A DNA stretch of 39,836 nt from Jimgerdemannia flammicorona (taxonomy: Eukaryota): the NCBI GenBank assembly GCA_003990765.1, contig RBNJ01000134.1, forward strand, positions 1-39,836, read 5' to 3'. Position 1 is the first letter of the stretch. Each line of letters opens with the position of its first letter. Shown in pieces: positions 1 to 12,537 of this stretch. The notes beneath the pieces are model-generated. The model was not told the origin of the DNA and did no database searches. It saw only the letters and a program-made list of their open reading frames with translations. Both the position numbers and the translations under genes were made by a program.

Positions 1-3000
1 CCTCCCCTCCCCCAGTCCCCAACCCTAACCTATCCATTATACATTTCCAGAACTCTCCCAAAACCTCACACTTGCCAAGCCAATGTTCAGGCATTTGTAC
101 CACCCCTCCCTCCTGACCAACATTGAAACAATCCTCGCACTCGAAAACCCCACCATCCACCAAGTGACCAGACCGATAGTTCAGCATCACATTCCGCTGA
201 AGAACCCGCCACCATGCCAACCAGAACTTGGGGGACAGCCACTGCCTCACCTGTTTGCTCCAAAGCCAGAGCCCATTCCAATTCCACTCTTCCCCGATTC
301 CAACCCTCTGCCAGGCTTCAGGCCACAGATCCCTGCCTAGGTCTCACAGGCACTCCAGACCCTCGTCAAGCTGAAAGTCCTCCACCAGAGCACCACCCAA
401 TAGAAGCCTATCCCATCTCCACATCTGCGGTCCCCAAACCTCCTCGGCCTTGTCACCTTGCCACTGAAGGCCGATTTTCTTAGCACCATCCACTGCTCCC
501 CACCAAAAGCCAGTAAACTGCATCCTCCGGCTCCCTTCCATGGCCACCATTGCAAGCAGGTCACCAGAGCCACCACGCGGGGAGTATCGAACCTCCCACA
601 ACCTCTGCATGAGCGGCACCCACTCCTGACCTCGAAGCTCACTCACCCTCCTTAGCCACCAAGCCCTCAGACATAAAAGCCGCTTAGGAAAGTCCACTAA
701 GCCCAGTCCACCTCTTTCCAAGGACAGTGTGAGCACCTCCCAACCAACCTGGCTTCGCCGCCCCCCCCAGATCCACAATCTCGCCATCTTCAACAACCTC
801 CTAACCACCTATGGTGGGAAATCCAAATGATACCCAACATACCATAGTTTCGGCATCCAGTACACATTCAACACCATCACCCTTCTGGCAAGGGACATTT
901 GCCGGCCTCCCCATCGCATCAAGACCTCACCCCACTCCAGCAGTTTACGGTCCCACCATGCCCAGGGAAGAAGAGACCCGAACACCGAGAAGTAGATTCC
1001 CAAGTAGCACACTGGTTCACCGGCCGGAACCACCATTCCAATAACATCACCCCCGACAATCCCAGTGCCCAGCACCAGCATCTCACATTTGTGCCAGTTC
1101 AGTTTAGCACCAGAACCCCACTCATACCATTCCACAGTCCTCTGCAACTCTCCAACATCCCCCAAGGAACCCAGTCCGACCACCATGTCATCAGCAAAGG
1201 CCCCCACCTTCCAGTTCACCCCTAAAATGTTCAAGCTGCCAATCTTATGCCGAATCCTGTCCAGTAGCAGCTCCAGAGAAAGGGCATACAATATGGGTGA
1301 CAAGGGGTCCCCTTGTGGCACCCCACGACCCAGGGGAAAAGTCACCCCCCGGTGGCCATTGATGACCAATGCCGCCTGACTGTTCTCCAAAAGGCTGACC
1401 AACGAACCTCTGAACCCCGGGGGGATACCAATCCACTTCAGCACCCCCTCCAACCATATCCTCCGCACTCTATCATAAGCCTTCTCCTGGTCCAGAAATA
1501 CCAATCTGCCATCCACCCCTGTCACCCGGGCACCTTCAATCACTCCGTGAACCCAGGCCGTCCCATCTTGAATCAACTGACCTCCGACAAACCCACATTG
1601 TTCCAATCTAAGCACCTGCTGCACAATCCCTTGCAACCTCAGCACCATGATCTTTGTCACCAGTTTGCAGTCCATGTCCAGAAGCATAATGGGCCACCAG
1701 TTCTTCCAATCCTCCCTCCTGCCCTTGTTCTTATAAAGCAAGGAGACCAGCCCCAAGCGCTGTCCCCCAATCCAGGCACCAGACCGAAGGACTTCATCAC
1801 ACATAGCCCTCATTTCCTCTAGTACCTCATGCACCCCTGTCATCTTCTGCCAAAAATCCCAGGGGAGTCCATCCTCTCCCGGGGCTGTCCCTTTACTCGT
1901 AGATACCACCACCCTGCAAATCTCCTCACCACTCACCGGGTCCCTCAATGCCTCAAGTCCCATGGCAGGGTCCGGGTGCCAATCCCCCAGCTGCCTTTCA
2001 ATGTCCAAAGCATCCAGTCCCCCTTCATCCTCACTCCAAAGGTTCTCCCACTGGGATCGCAATAGTTCCAAGATCGCTGGGGTCCCCACCACCAGCTCGC
2101 CGTCCTCGTCCAAAACTCCCTCCCACTGCTGCCTCATTCGTCATGCTTGTAACAACCGTGACAAGAACCTGGTAGGTCTCTCCCCTTCCTCAAGCCCTTG
2201 CCATCGCAAGCAGGCCACCATCCCCTGCAGTTGTTCCTCTTCCTCCCTTCATAGCACCCCTTTGAGCTCCTCCACCTCCTGTCGGATCCTCTCAATACAC
2301 CAATCAGCCTTGGCCCTATCCTCCAGTACACCCGCCCATCTCTCCATGAGCACCGCCAAACGCCGCAAGGCCCACATCACCCGCCGCCTTCATTGAGCAC
2401 CCTTTCCTTTCTCTGCTTCCCTTCAATACCCCTGAGCCTTCACCTTCAACCTCCTCCAGCGGTCCCCAATTGCCAGTCCTCGATCCTGCCACTTGCCGAT
2501 ATCTCCAACCACCTCTGTTTCCCAACCTTCCCACAATGTCCTATCCTCCAACAAGGAAGAGTTCAGCTGCCAATGTCCAGGCCCATCCTTATTTCCCCCA
2601 AATCTCCCCCCACCAAGCAGCTCCCAGTGATCAGACCATGGACACCATATGACTCCCAGCACTGTCCAGACATCCACTCCCCAACACTCTGCCATTAAAA
2701 CCCAGTCAATCCTAGAGCCCAGTCCTGCTGCCCAATGAGTATACACCTGCTGATCTGCCCAAAAGTGTCTTCCTGAGTCCACCAAAGAACACAGCCTTTC
2801 TGTCTCCAACCAGTCCACCAACCCACCACTCTCACCTCGCATGCCTCTCCCTCCATCAGTCCTGTCCAACTCCTTATCTTGTACCATGTTGAAGTCCCCC
2901 CCCATACAGTCAAACCCAACTTCTCCCAATAATCCAGCCTCTTTCAATCCGCGAATCCAATCCACCCTCTCCCCTCTCGCAGCCGGGCAGTAGCAAGACC

Positions 3001-3307
3001 CAACTGTCAGCGAGCCCCATCCAGGCCTCTTCCATACACCCCACACCACATGCGACCCCCAATGTCCAATGTCCCCAATGTCCCCCATCCCTTTCCGAAC
3101 AAGAATACTCACTTTCCCCCTCCAAACTGCTGCACCCCCCCATTCCTTAGTCCAATCCTGTAAATCCACATCAGCCACGTACCTAACATCCTGTAACAAG
3201 AAGAGGTCCGCATCCAGATCCCGAAGCCAACCAAAAATGTACTTCCTCCTAGCCACCCCCCATAACCCATTAATGTTCAATGAGAATATCCTAGTTGTAC
3301 TATTCAT
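1..3307 (-). pseudogene. LINE ORF2: AP endonuclease - reverse transcriptase - CCHC-type finger
   Basis: Motifs SLNINGL, LFLLQD, GGDFN, SRID, WSDH; FLDQEKAYDRV, GVPQGDPLSP, AFADD; FECEDC..EHWLGKC near 70-150. Track ORFs 2423-3337, 809-2137 and 344-808 share one frame, broken by in-frame stops (five TGA, one TAG) with no frameshift. Confidence 0.93.
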
Positions 3308-3338
3308 ATTGGATATACAATATAGAAGAGACCTCAAC

Positions 3339-5081
3339 CTATAATTCCATGCTCATCTCATCCCTTGCCAAGTCCAAGAGCCGCTCCGCTTCCAATTCAC
3401 CCTCCGCAATATCCTGAGCATCCAGTGCCCCCAAGATTTCCTGACACTCCACCCTGTCCACCTCCTCCATATCTGCCCTGTAGTCCAAGCAGACTGCGCG
3501 CCACTTTTCCAGTCCCTTCCTCGAGTTCCACAAGACAAGTGCTCTGTCGCTCGCAATCCTTCTAAGCTCCTCCTCTCACTGATCATCAACCTGATACTCA
3601 ACAGACTCCAGGAGGACAGCCAGGATCTCATTCCTCATCTTCCTCGGCACCTCTTCCCCACATAGAATCTCTTCCCAGTGCCTCTCCTCCATCACTCTGA
3701 AGTCCTTACCCCCCAACTCCTCAGCCACTACCCCTTCCAGGGTCTTCCACATCCACTTCTCCTCATCTACCGCCTCCGCCGCCCCCTGAGCAATTTGTCC
3801 CCCATCCACCTCAGGGTCCACCAGCGCACTCCTCCTCACTGACTCATCCCACTCTTCATCCGGCACATCCATCAACTCCTCCTCACCTCCAGCTCCATTC
3901 GGAACACTATACTGAGGGTGTCCACCTTCGCCCATCTCAGCATCCACCTCCAAGTTATCCTCCCTCACCTCCCCGACTCCAATCTGAGCCCCACCCTGGG
4001 CCATCTCACCCCCTTCAGCCCAGGCACTCTCCTGCAACCCTGCGGCCCCCTCTCCGGGGCTTCCACCTGTCCTACCCCCGCCCATCTTCGCCAACAACTC
4101 CTTCTGGATTCTCCTCCCCTGCATCTTCTCCCAAGCCCCCTTCTCTATCCGAACCCTCTTCCCATCCACCTCCCCCACCACCGTCCTAGCCTCAAACTCC
4201 TTCCAAGCTAATCTCCTCCTCGCAACTGCCCCTTCCAGGTCCTCCAGAGCCTCCAACAAGTCCTCTTCCTCCTCCTGGGTCCCCTTCACCCTAGTGACCT
4301 TACACTCCACCTGTCCCCACCTCAGCACCGTCAGCCAGTCCCTCGACTTTCCCGTATTCTCCTTTCCAGCCAGTCTCACCCTGACATCAACATCTCCAGT
4401 TCTAAGCTCTGTGCCCTCCCAGACCTTGAACCCCACATCTACAATCTCACCATACTCCTTGATCGCCTCCACCACCAACTCCCTGGTCCTTTCCTTCGAC
4501 ACTGTGGGAAGGTCCAACACCGTCAACTGCACCACCTGGGGGTCCCAGCGCATACACCAGGCCATAGGGACCACAACTCCACCAACCATCACCCCCTTCT
4601 CCATGGCTGCCAACAAGGCGTCCTCCTCCTCAAACCCCACCTCAACCCCTTCCTTTCCTCTCAAGAACTTCACCGACGCTGCTCCCTTAGCCTCCTGCAC
4701 CACCAGCCCCAAAATCATCCTCGCTGTCACTGCCAAGCCCCGGAAGCACATCATGACCGCGAATTCGGACCTCGACTTCTTGAGTAATGGGGCCGACACC
4801 ATGCCTGTCACCCCATCCGCCAGGTCCCTGGGCCTCATGCCCACTCCAAGTCCTGAATCGCCAACCACCGTCACATCTGGATTTTTTGCCAGATCCCCAG
4901 TCACAGCCCCATCAACAGTCACATCTCCAGCCCCTACTCCGGCCCCTTCCCTACTACCAGAGGCACCCAGGGGTGCACCCCCCTGACCCCCAGCAATAGC
5001 CATCAATGCCTTCCCCAGGCCCAGCCAACTATCCAGCCCAGTAGCCATCTTCCCCATCCTGACCTTGTCAGCAAAGGTCAT
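3339..5081 (-). pseudogene. LINE ORF1 (~580 aa; RRM-like N-half, acidic C-half)
   Basis: ORFs 3576-5081 and 3339-3533 are in frame across one TGA. VEVGF..., LTVLDLP...EAIKEYGEIVDV...RTGDVDVRV resembles Tx1/L1 ORF1 RRMs. Ends ~30 bp before ORF2. Confidence 0.85.
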
Positions 5082-5339
5082 CCTCTCCCCTCCTCTGTGT
5101 CACAGACCTCCCCTTCCTCCGCCGCTGGGGCCACGGCTAGCCATTGAGGCCCCTGGCATCCCCAAACCATCTCCCCTCCTCCCCACCTGCTGCCAGTCAA
5201 AGGCGCCGTCACCCCCCTGGCCAGTACGCTCACCAGATCAATTATTGCCATCCATGTTATTAGTCGCCAGATACCAAAAATGTTGTCGAAAGTATTGTCT
5301 GAGTCTTGTGTCACCCGAATGTTACAGGTGAAAGGCGTG

Positions 5340-7790
5340 ATTCTTGTACTTGTTAGAATACTTCATATAACTGGGTGATCTCTTCAGTAACTTGTTTTGT
5401 CAAATCTAGCTAGATTGGTTCAGCAGAGTCCTATACTTCTCAACCATATACCAAATAAAAGGGGGTCTATTGGGTAGCAGTTGCCTTTGAAGTACAGATA
5501 CTAATTAGGATTACTATGTAGAAAGTATATATTCCAGTTTAGCTGATCTCTAGTTTTGCTAAAACCTTGCTTAATGGTCTGGTTCATTTGTTCAGTAAGT
5601 TTATTGGCTTATAGGTGGTAGGCTATTGTTGGGTATAGTTTGATCTTGAAGTTGTTTGTAAAGATCTTCATGGTTTTGTTGACAAATTCTTGGCCTTAGT
5701 CTGTAATGATTTCTTTGGAAACCTCATAGCAGCTGAAAATTTCATTATACAAAATCTAAATAATTATTCAAGTATCAGCAGTCTCAATAGCAAAGACTTC
5801 AGGTCATTTTGTTAGATAATCTTCAATAATAAGAATATAGTATCTTCCTTAGTAAGTTACTGATAGAGGATCAATAATATCTATTTCTAGTCTCTGAAAG
5901 GCTCCAGCTGATACTATGATTGATATTAGTGGTATTTTGTCAGTTGGCTTTTATTGGTATCTTTGATAGATATCATATTGTTAAATATGAGTTGAAATTT
6001 GTTTTCTCATTTTTGGCCACCAGTATCTCTTTTTGATTCTTGCAATAGTAGCTCCAATTTCTCAGTGTACATTTTGATTATAGTTGGTTATAAGTATCTT
6101 TGGTATTTTATCTTCTTGTAGAACTCAGATATATTAATCTCCTTTTACTCTCCAAAGTTTGTCATTGCCTTTTTGAAATTTCTTGAAATTTCTTTAAATA
6201 AATAACTTGTAGGCTGGCTGAATTTCTTTCTTGAAGCTTCTGTGGTACAGGCTCCAGATAAGGGCAAGGTACAGTTCTTGGTTCATTTAGATGAGTAAAA
6301 AGTAGTCTTCTCTTGTAGAGACTTCTTTCCTTAAGTTTATGAGATTTTGACAGAGTATCAATATTGGAATTTTTGATACCTTTCTTATAAACAATAACAA
6401 ACTGATATTCTTGTAGAGATATGATCCATCTGGCAAAGTTTTCTGAGGATTCTGGTTTGTTGAACAATCATTATAGAGCTTGGTAGTTAGTGATGAGAGC
6501 AAATCTCTTTCCCAAGAGGTAGTGTCTAAAGTGATCTACAACTCATACTACTATAAGATATTCTAGCTTAGTGGCTCCATAGTTCACTTATATTTTGTTA
6601 GTAACCTTGCTAGCATACTCAATGATATGTTCTTTCTTCTGGTCATCTTACTGAGATAGAATTGATCCAAGTCCAAGGACAGAGGCATCAGTTACTAGAA
6701 TGAATAGTTTGTCAAAGTCTGGTTACACTAAGATAGAGGCTTTAGTGAGAGCCTTCTTAAGTAGGTCAAAGGACTTCTGTTGTTCTTCCTTCCAGTAGAA
6801 TGGTTGGTCTTTCTTGGAAATATCACATAGTGGGACTGCTTTGTCTGAAAATCTTGAAATAAATCACCAGTAGTAAGATGCCAATATGAGAAAGGATAGA
6901 GCTTCCTTTGCTGAGGTATGAGTTGGATAATTTTTGACTTTCTCTACCTTACATAGATCAGCATGAGTTCTCTGAGCTGAAACCACATATTTCAGATATT
7001 TGACTTGGTATTTTCCAAAGAAGTACTTCTTGGTATTGAGTCTGAGTCCTGAGTTAAATAGTGTTAAATACTTCATAGAGATCTTGTAAGTGTTATTTGA
7101 ATGTCTCAGAGTAGATGATTATATCATCTATGTATACTAGCACATTTCTTCCAATGAGGTCCTGATAGATATAGTTTATCATTTACTGGAATAAGATTAG
7201 TATATTGCAGAGTCCAAATAGTATTTAGAGGTATTCATACTGTCTTCATCTAGTGATGAAGGCCATCTTGCAGATGTTATTCTTAGTAATAAGTATTATT
7301 TGGAATCCTTGAAACTGATCAGTAGTGATCATGTACTTGGCTTTTTCTAGGATATTGAGGAGGTTATCAATTTTGGATAGTGGGTAGGCATCTTCTATAG
7401 TGATCTTGTTGAGTTTTCTGAAGTCTACAACTAGTCTCCATCCTTCTTTCTTTGATACTATGATTGCTGGTAAAGTTCAGAGGCTTGATGAGGGTCTAAT
7501 AATTTTATTTTGTAGTATTTTATCTATGTATTGTTGTTCAAACTCAATCAAGTAGTATGGTATTTAGTAGAAGCACTGTTGGATTGGTTTGGCATCTCCT
7601 GTATATATAGCATATTCTCCATATTGATATAGTGGAAAGTTATTATATGTAGTGGTAAATATATCCTCATAATCTTTTATTAACTTCTATATTTGTTGTT
7701 GCTGATCTTCAGTCAGAGTTGTTTCAACATTGATAGCTTTGACTGAGTTTTCCTCTCTGGTACCATTAGTCTTACTGGAGAGGGCTTGCT
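5340..7790 (-). pseudogene. Gypsy B RT - RNase H - integrase
   Basis: LVVDFRKLNKITIEDAYPL, YIDDIII (~7120-7140), TDASVLGLGSIL, NYGATKLE, ARWIISLQEY, YWWPKM, PEVFA, EIITD; many stops and frameshifts. Confidence 0.93.
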
Positions 7791-7797
7791 ATTTTCC
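7752..7797 (-). promoter_or_regulatory. Decayed -1 ribosomal frameshift signal (slippery heptamer + 7-nt spacer + 11-bp hairpin)
   Basis: Minus strand GGAAAAT-agcaagc-CCTCTCCAGTA-agactaatgg-TACCAGAGAGG. Restoring one CpG in each arm gives a perfect stem; the heptamer differs from GGGAAAC only by transitions. Confidence 0.7.
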
Positions 7798-8169
7798 AAA
7801 AATTTGAAGACTTCTTCCTCATAGGTATATATTAGTAGTTCAAAATATATATCCCAATATTGTCTCCTTAGAGATTGTTACTAGTTTGAAGCCCAGGTTT
7901 TGGATAGAAATATGAATTGGTGACATCTGGTTATAGATTTGTTCTTCTGCTAGAAAGAGGTGATATCTTTCTCAGAGTTCTATTAACAGCTCAAATATTA
8001 AGTAGTTGATATCTGTAGATAGATATACATATGTTGAGGCCTTTTTGCTGATATAGTTGAAGGAGAATATCTTCTCTTACTTAAATAGGACAGCAGATGT
8101 GGGGTTTTATTTAGTGGAACTATACTACTGTTACTATATAGACTTCAACAGATGGAGTGAGAGAGTTCT

Positions 8170-8545
8170 ATTGGTACTTCTGAAATCTCCTTATCCTCTC
8201 CTAGTACTGTCCAACTGATTCACCTCTTGAATAGTAGGCTGTAATGTCTTGATGGACAGAATTTGGCAGATAGCTTCCAAGGGGTTGAAGACTTGGTAGT
8301 TCTTACTATTGTTACAAATAATGATCTTCAGAGGATCTTAGTAATCCTGATTAATAATTTCTCCTTCTACTGTGATTCCTTTGGCTATAGAAAGTACAAT
8401 TTGAAGGTCAAAGGTCCTAATGGTCCTAGGGCAGAGTATTGCCTAATAGGGGAGATAGAGGTCATAATCTACTAATCCTTCTATTTGTGCAAGAGAAAGT
8501 TGTGCCCAGGGTGACAATAGCTTGACTTGGATAATTGGCTGAGTC
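8170..8545 (-). pseudogene. Gypsy B trimeric dUTPase relic (motif II region deleted in frame)
   Basis: IQVKLLSPWAQL..VDYDLY..LSI/AKGITVEGEIINQDY..EAICQIL..STRRG*GDFRST. Confidence 0.85.
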
Positions 8546-8559
8546 TTGAGGAATGGTGT

Positions 8560-9340
8560 CTCAGTGATTACTACTGCAGGAGAGATCTTTATACATTCTG
8601 GCTTGAAGAATGGCCAATGTACTCCAGTTTTTGGATTCCTCATATAGTTAAATTCAGTTCTTCCAAATGGGTCTAAGGTTTCCATGAAGGTGAAGGTAAG
8701 GTTGACTCCTTATTTGCCTTGGTGTAGTTGGCAATACTAATGAACAATAGTAGGAATTTCTAGTGGTAGATCCCAGATAGAGGTCTTATTCTTGGCTTTA
8801 CAGTCTCCTTCATAATTGATCTCTTTGTATTTTCAGCAGGCCCAGTGAATTTGGGGTTCTTGCAAGATGGGATCCTTTCTCTTGGCTCAGCTTTTGTAGG
8901 TATCTTCACTGAGATGAATACTTTGATATTTATATTAGTAATAGGTAAAGGTCTTTTCACAATCACAGTATCTTTGCTTTACAAATTTCTCATTCTACTG
9001 TTTAATTTTCTTACTTGTTGGATACCTTTTTTGATATTTATCATAGGTAAGTAGAGTGATCTATAGAGCCTAAGTAATAGTGTGGAAACTGTTGTTTTTG
9101 TCTTCAATTGTGAGAGTCTCTAAAGGTTGGTAGGAGAGAATCTTCTGCTCTTCCTTATAGGTCTTCTTGAAAGTCTTTGGGGTGGATGACAATGTTCATG
9201 TGAGGACTGGGGCTTATTTTAACTCATCTTTATCTTCTTGGAACCTTTTTGAGATTAAGAATTCAGCAGTTGCTACAAGCATCTCTTGGTGAGTGAAAAC
9301 AGTTATAGTATTTACACATACCTAGGCAGAAGGCTTATAT
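8560..9340 (-). pseudogene. Gypsy B accessory region (Cys/His finger + unknown domain), homologous to C/D
   Basis: AFCLGMCKYYNCFHSPRDACSNC; TLLTYDKY..RYCDC..QSIHLSED; SIWDLPLEI; FMETLDPFGR..NPKTGVHWP. Confidence 0.75.
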
Positions 9341-9629
9341 AATTTAGTTTTTCTTCAAAGATAGTAGTGGTTGTATAGATAGTCCTATAAATCCAAGTGC
9401 TTCTTCTTCACTGATATCCCATTAAATGCTTTCCTCCAGACTTTCAGTATTGATGACATCAACAAAAAAGTCTTTTTGGCTACTTTCAGGATCTCTGGGG
9501 GTATTAAAATTACTTCTTAATTCTTGTAGAAAATTTGCTTCACTTTCATTCTCTATAATAGTAAGTATATCTCCATATCTTTGCCATTCAATCTCAGAAG
9601 CCTGATCTGTTTTCCTTAGTGATCCCTTT

Positions 9630-9990
9630 GACTCAATTGGTACCTTGTACTTTTGATCATAGAAGGTGAAGACCAGGAGTTATTTCTTGATGGCTCTAAC
9701 TTGATACAACCAGTTGGTTCCTAAAATCAGATTATAGGAGATCACTAGAGTTACAATAGCTTGAGGTACATTGAGGCAGACTTTTCTAACTTGAATGAGT
9801 ATGTCTCTAATTAGTCCAAAGGGGGTAGATGCTAATCTATCTGCCATAATAACTTTTGCTTTAGTTCTTTTATCAATTCTCTATCCAATCCTTTCTAGTA
9901 TTTGCTGGATAATAATACAGACTGCTGCTTCAGTATCAATAAGGATTCTAGCATTTTCACTATATACTTTCCCATTAGCCAGTCTTGTGG
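9630..9990 (-). pseudogene. Gypsy B aspartic protease
   Basis: ARILIDTEAAVCII ... YNLILGTNWL. Confidence 0.88.
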
Positions 9991-10639
9991 ATTGGTGTTT
10001 TTAGTGCTGATGTTCATGAACTGCATGAATAGTGCTGGACTCCTAGGTGTGTAGTCCTTGGACAGAAACTCTCTTAGTGTCTTCCTTGGCTTCTTTGGGA
10101 AATTTTCGCCTAACTTCTAGTATATTCTTGAGAACTTATTCAAATGTGAGGCCTATATTCTGAGTACAGAGATACTCTCAAAGTGATACTGCTTTATAGG
10201 GCTTGCTACTCCTTCGATGTCTAGGTCTCTTGGGGTAAATCCTCTCATTTCTATTGGGCATTTCATCAGCTGAAGATTCTACACTTATGTACTCATCTTC
10301 TTCAAGATCTGGCAGAGAGGTACTTCTTGATACTCTTGATGGGCCAGCTTCTGGTTCAGGGGTATCTCTTCTGACTCTCTTGTCATTTTCCTGAGAAGTA
10401 TCTGAGGAGGAATGGCCATATCTTGAATATTTGCCTATAGATATAATTACTAGTAATAGTGGTGGAAGTAGGGTTTTTGGAGGTCTTCCTTGTCCTCTGG
10501 TCTGTGCAAGTGCTACATCCCAAGTCACCTTAGAGGGAAAGGCTTCATAAGTCCTCTTGACCACAAAGCCAGGTAGTTTTTTCTTCCATTTCTCAAGTCT
10601 CTTTATCCATTTGAATGAGGTTGACATTTTAGTCATTGG

Positions 10640-11630
10640 ATAGGATTTATTTCTTTGGACAAAATCTCTGAATATGACCTTGGTTCTCACAGTTGAAATA
10701 AGTTGAGGTATAGAGACCTATTGCTGGTAAACTTATAGTTGTAGCTAGTGGAGCCTGAGTGGAACTTCTGTTATCTTGTTACTAGTAGTCTGATCTATTA
10801 TTTCAATGATAATCTTGTTGTCTTCCTTCTTAGTTCTTTAACTGAGTAACTGTAATGACTAGGTCTCTCATTTATTTAGTGAGCATTATTATAGGGTCTT
10901 CTTGAATCCTTAATAGTAGTTGCTGTTACTGCTGTTGTTGTCTGTATTGGCTCAGAGTTGGGGGTCTGGTCTTATAGTTAACTAACTGGGCTCTTAAGTA
11001 AGCATTCTCTTATTCTATAGTTGTGCTATAAGTTTTTAGAGTTTTGACTTGGACTGGTTCTTAATGTTCTTGTATTTACTAAAGTGATCTATAGTCTGCT
11101 TTCCAATATCCTTGTACTCCAGCAACTTATTGCTCAATACTTTAATAGCTTATCCTAATGACTTGTCTTCTAAGCTCTGAAAATATTTCTTTGAGGAAGG
11201 TGGTTGAGACCAAAGCTAGTTGGACTGCAGATTGCAAGTTTGCCTTGATCATTTGAGCTTGAATTTAGTAGTAGAAACTTTTTAGAGTTTCATTAGCAGC
11301 TTGGCTCATATAGGTCAAAGCTTCTTGTACTTCTTATTGACACTCAAGACCATTGAACTGAGTGTAGAGTTAGGTATTATAGATATTATATCTGTCTACA
11401 TGGTCTCCATTTGCTTGAAGGTTGTTGGCTTATTCTGCTCTATAGATTTCTCTTCCAACTTGCTTTGCTTGGTTGTACTTTTGTAGAACAGAGTCTCTCA
11501 GGAGTGATTCTATGATTCTGAGCTTTCTCTGTACATCTCACTACTTGGCTGCTGCTTATACTTCAATTTCTCCAAAGAATTCCTTAATATCTTTACTGTC
11601 TATACTATAGAATTTCTGAAGGTAACTCAT
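10640..11630 (-). pseudogene. Gypsy B gag with zinc knuckle
   Basis: MSYLQKFYSIDSKDIKEFF at 11630 and (C)FNCENQGHIQRFC at ~10660-10700. A disordered coding-like leader continues up to ~12530. Confidence 0.75.
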
Positions 11631-12537
11631 GTCTAGTTCATCTTCACTATCTGAGTCTAATTCTGGAGTAGGATTTCTTAATGATCCTTGAGATGGAGAT
11701 GGTAGAGGTGCTTGATAAATTGGAGGTACTGGTAGAGGGTGGTATCTTGAAGAGGGTATAGAGAATCTGGCCTCTCTAATTAAAGCTAGGGTAGAGATTT
11801 TTGATAGTGGTGATTCTCTAATTAAGTGATAGTGATCACTAAATATAGAGGAGTAGAGCTTCTTGTCTCTTGAAGATAATACTAGGGTGTGAAGGACCAG
11901 GGTACTGGGGTTCTGGTAACTGGGATAGGACTGATGTAGCTGATACTTAGTTCATCTGCCCCTTGCTATTGTAAAGTAATAGGGTTCTGTTCATCTTGCC
12001 AAGGATCTATATTTTTGTCTGAATAGTGATAAAGGTTGAATTTATCTCTTGAATAGTCTGAGCAATTTCCCCAATCATCATCTTTCTCTGGTTCTGGAAG
12101 ATAAGGATGATAGTCTTCTTCTCTTTCAGATATTTCAAAGTATGCTTAGTCTAGTAGAGTGGCTTGAATGATGACAGTAGTAATATAATCACTTCTGCCT
12201 GAATCTCTTTATAGATTAGGGTCTGGTATTCTTCAGAAAAATCTTCTTCTTATTCTGGGCCTTGGGTCTGAATGGATTCTGATTGTCCTCCGAGGTATCT
12301 TCTTTCCTTTGAGGTTAAACCATAGTCTATATTACTTTTTTCTTCTAATTTGGTTTTCTGACTACTGGTCCTGAACAGAGTGAGAGCTGTCTTGACAATT
12401 GTATGAGCTTCTTCTTCTGAGGTAGGCTATTGCTAGTCCTGGTCTTGTTGCTGGCTAGTTTCTCCTGAATTCTCCACTTTAGATGGCTGCTGAGTTCTTG
12501 AGCCAAATGGTCAAGTCTTTAGAAAACTTTCCCAAAA

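Larger units (their letters stand above)
1..5338 (-). mobile_element. L1/Tx1-clade LINE (copy 1), near full length, 3' end runs off the window; inserted in the integrase of gypsy B
   Basis: ORF1 + ORF2 (AP endonuclease, RT, C-terminal Cys/His finger). GC-rich and CpG-retaining, with an abrupt switch to AT-rich integrase sequence at ~5340. Confidence 0.95.

Noticed and set aside
344-3578. In-frame TGAs as evidence of an alternative genetic code
   Set aside because: They are explained by CGA/TGG transitions; copy 2 has TGG at the position equivalent to 344-346, and missense CpG changes accompany them.
83-5331. Many plus-strand ORFs (e.g. 1313-1822, 4294-4986)
   Set aside because: They are antisense shadows of the C-rich LINE strand, with no recognisable motifs.
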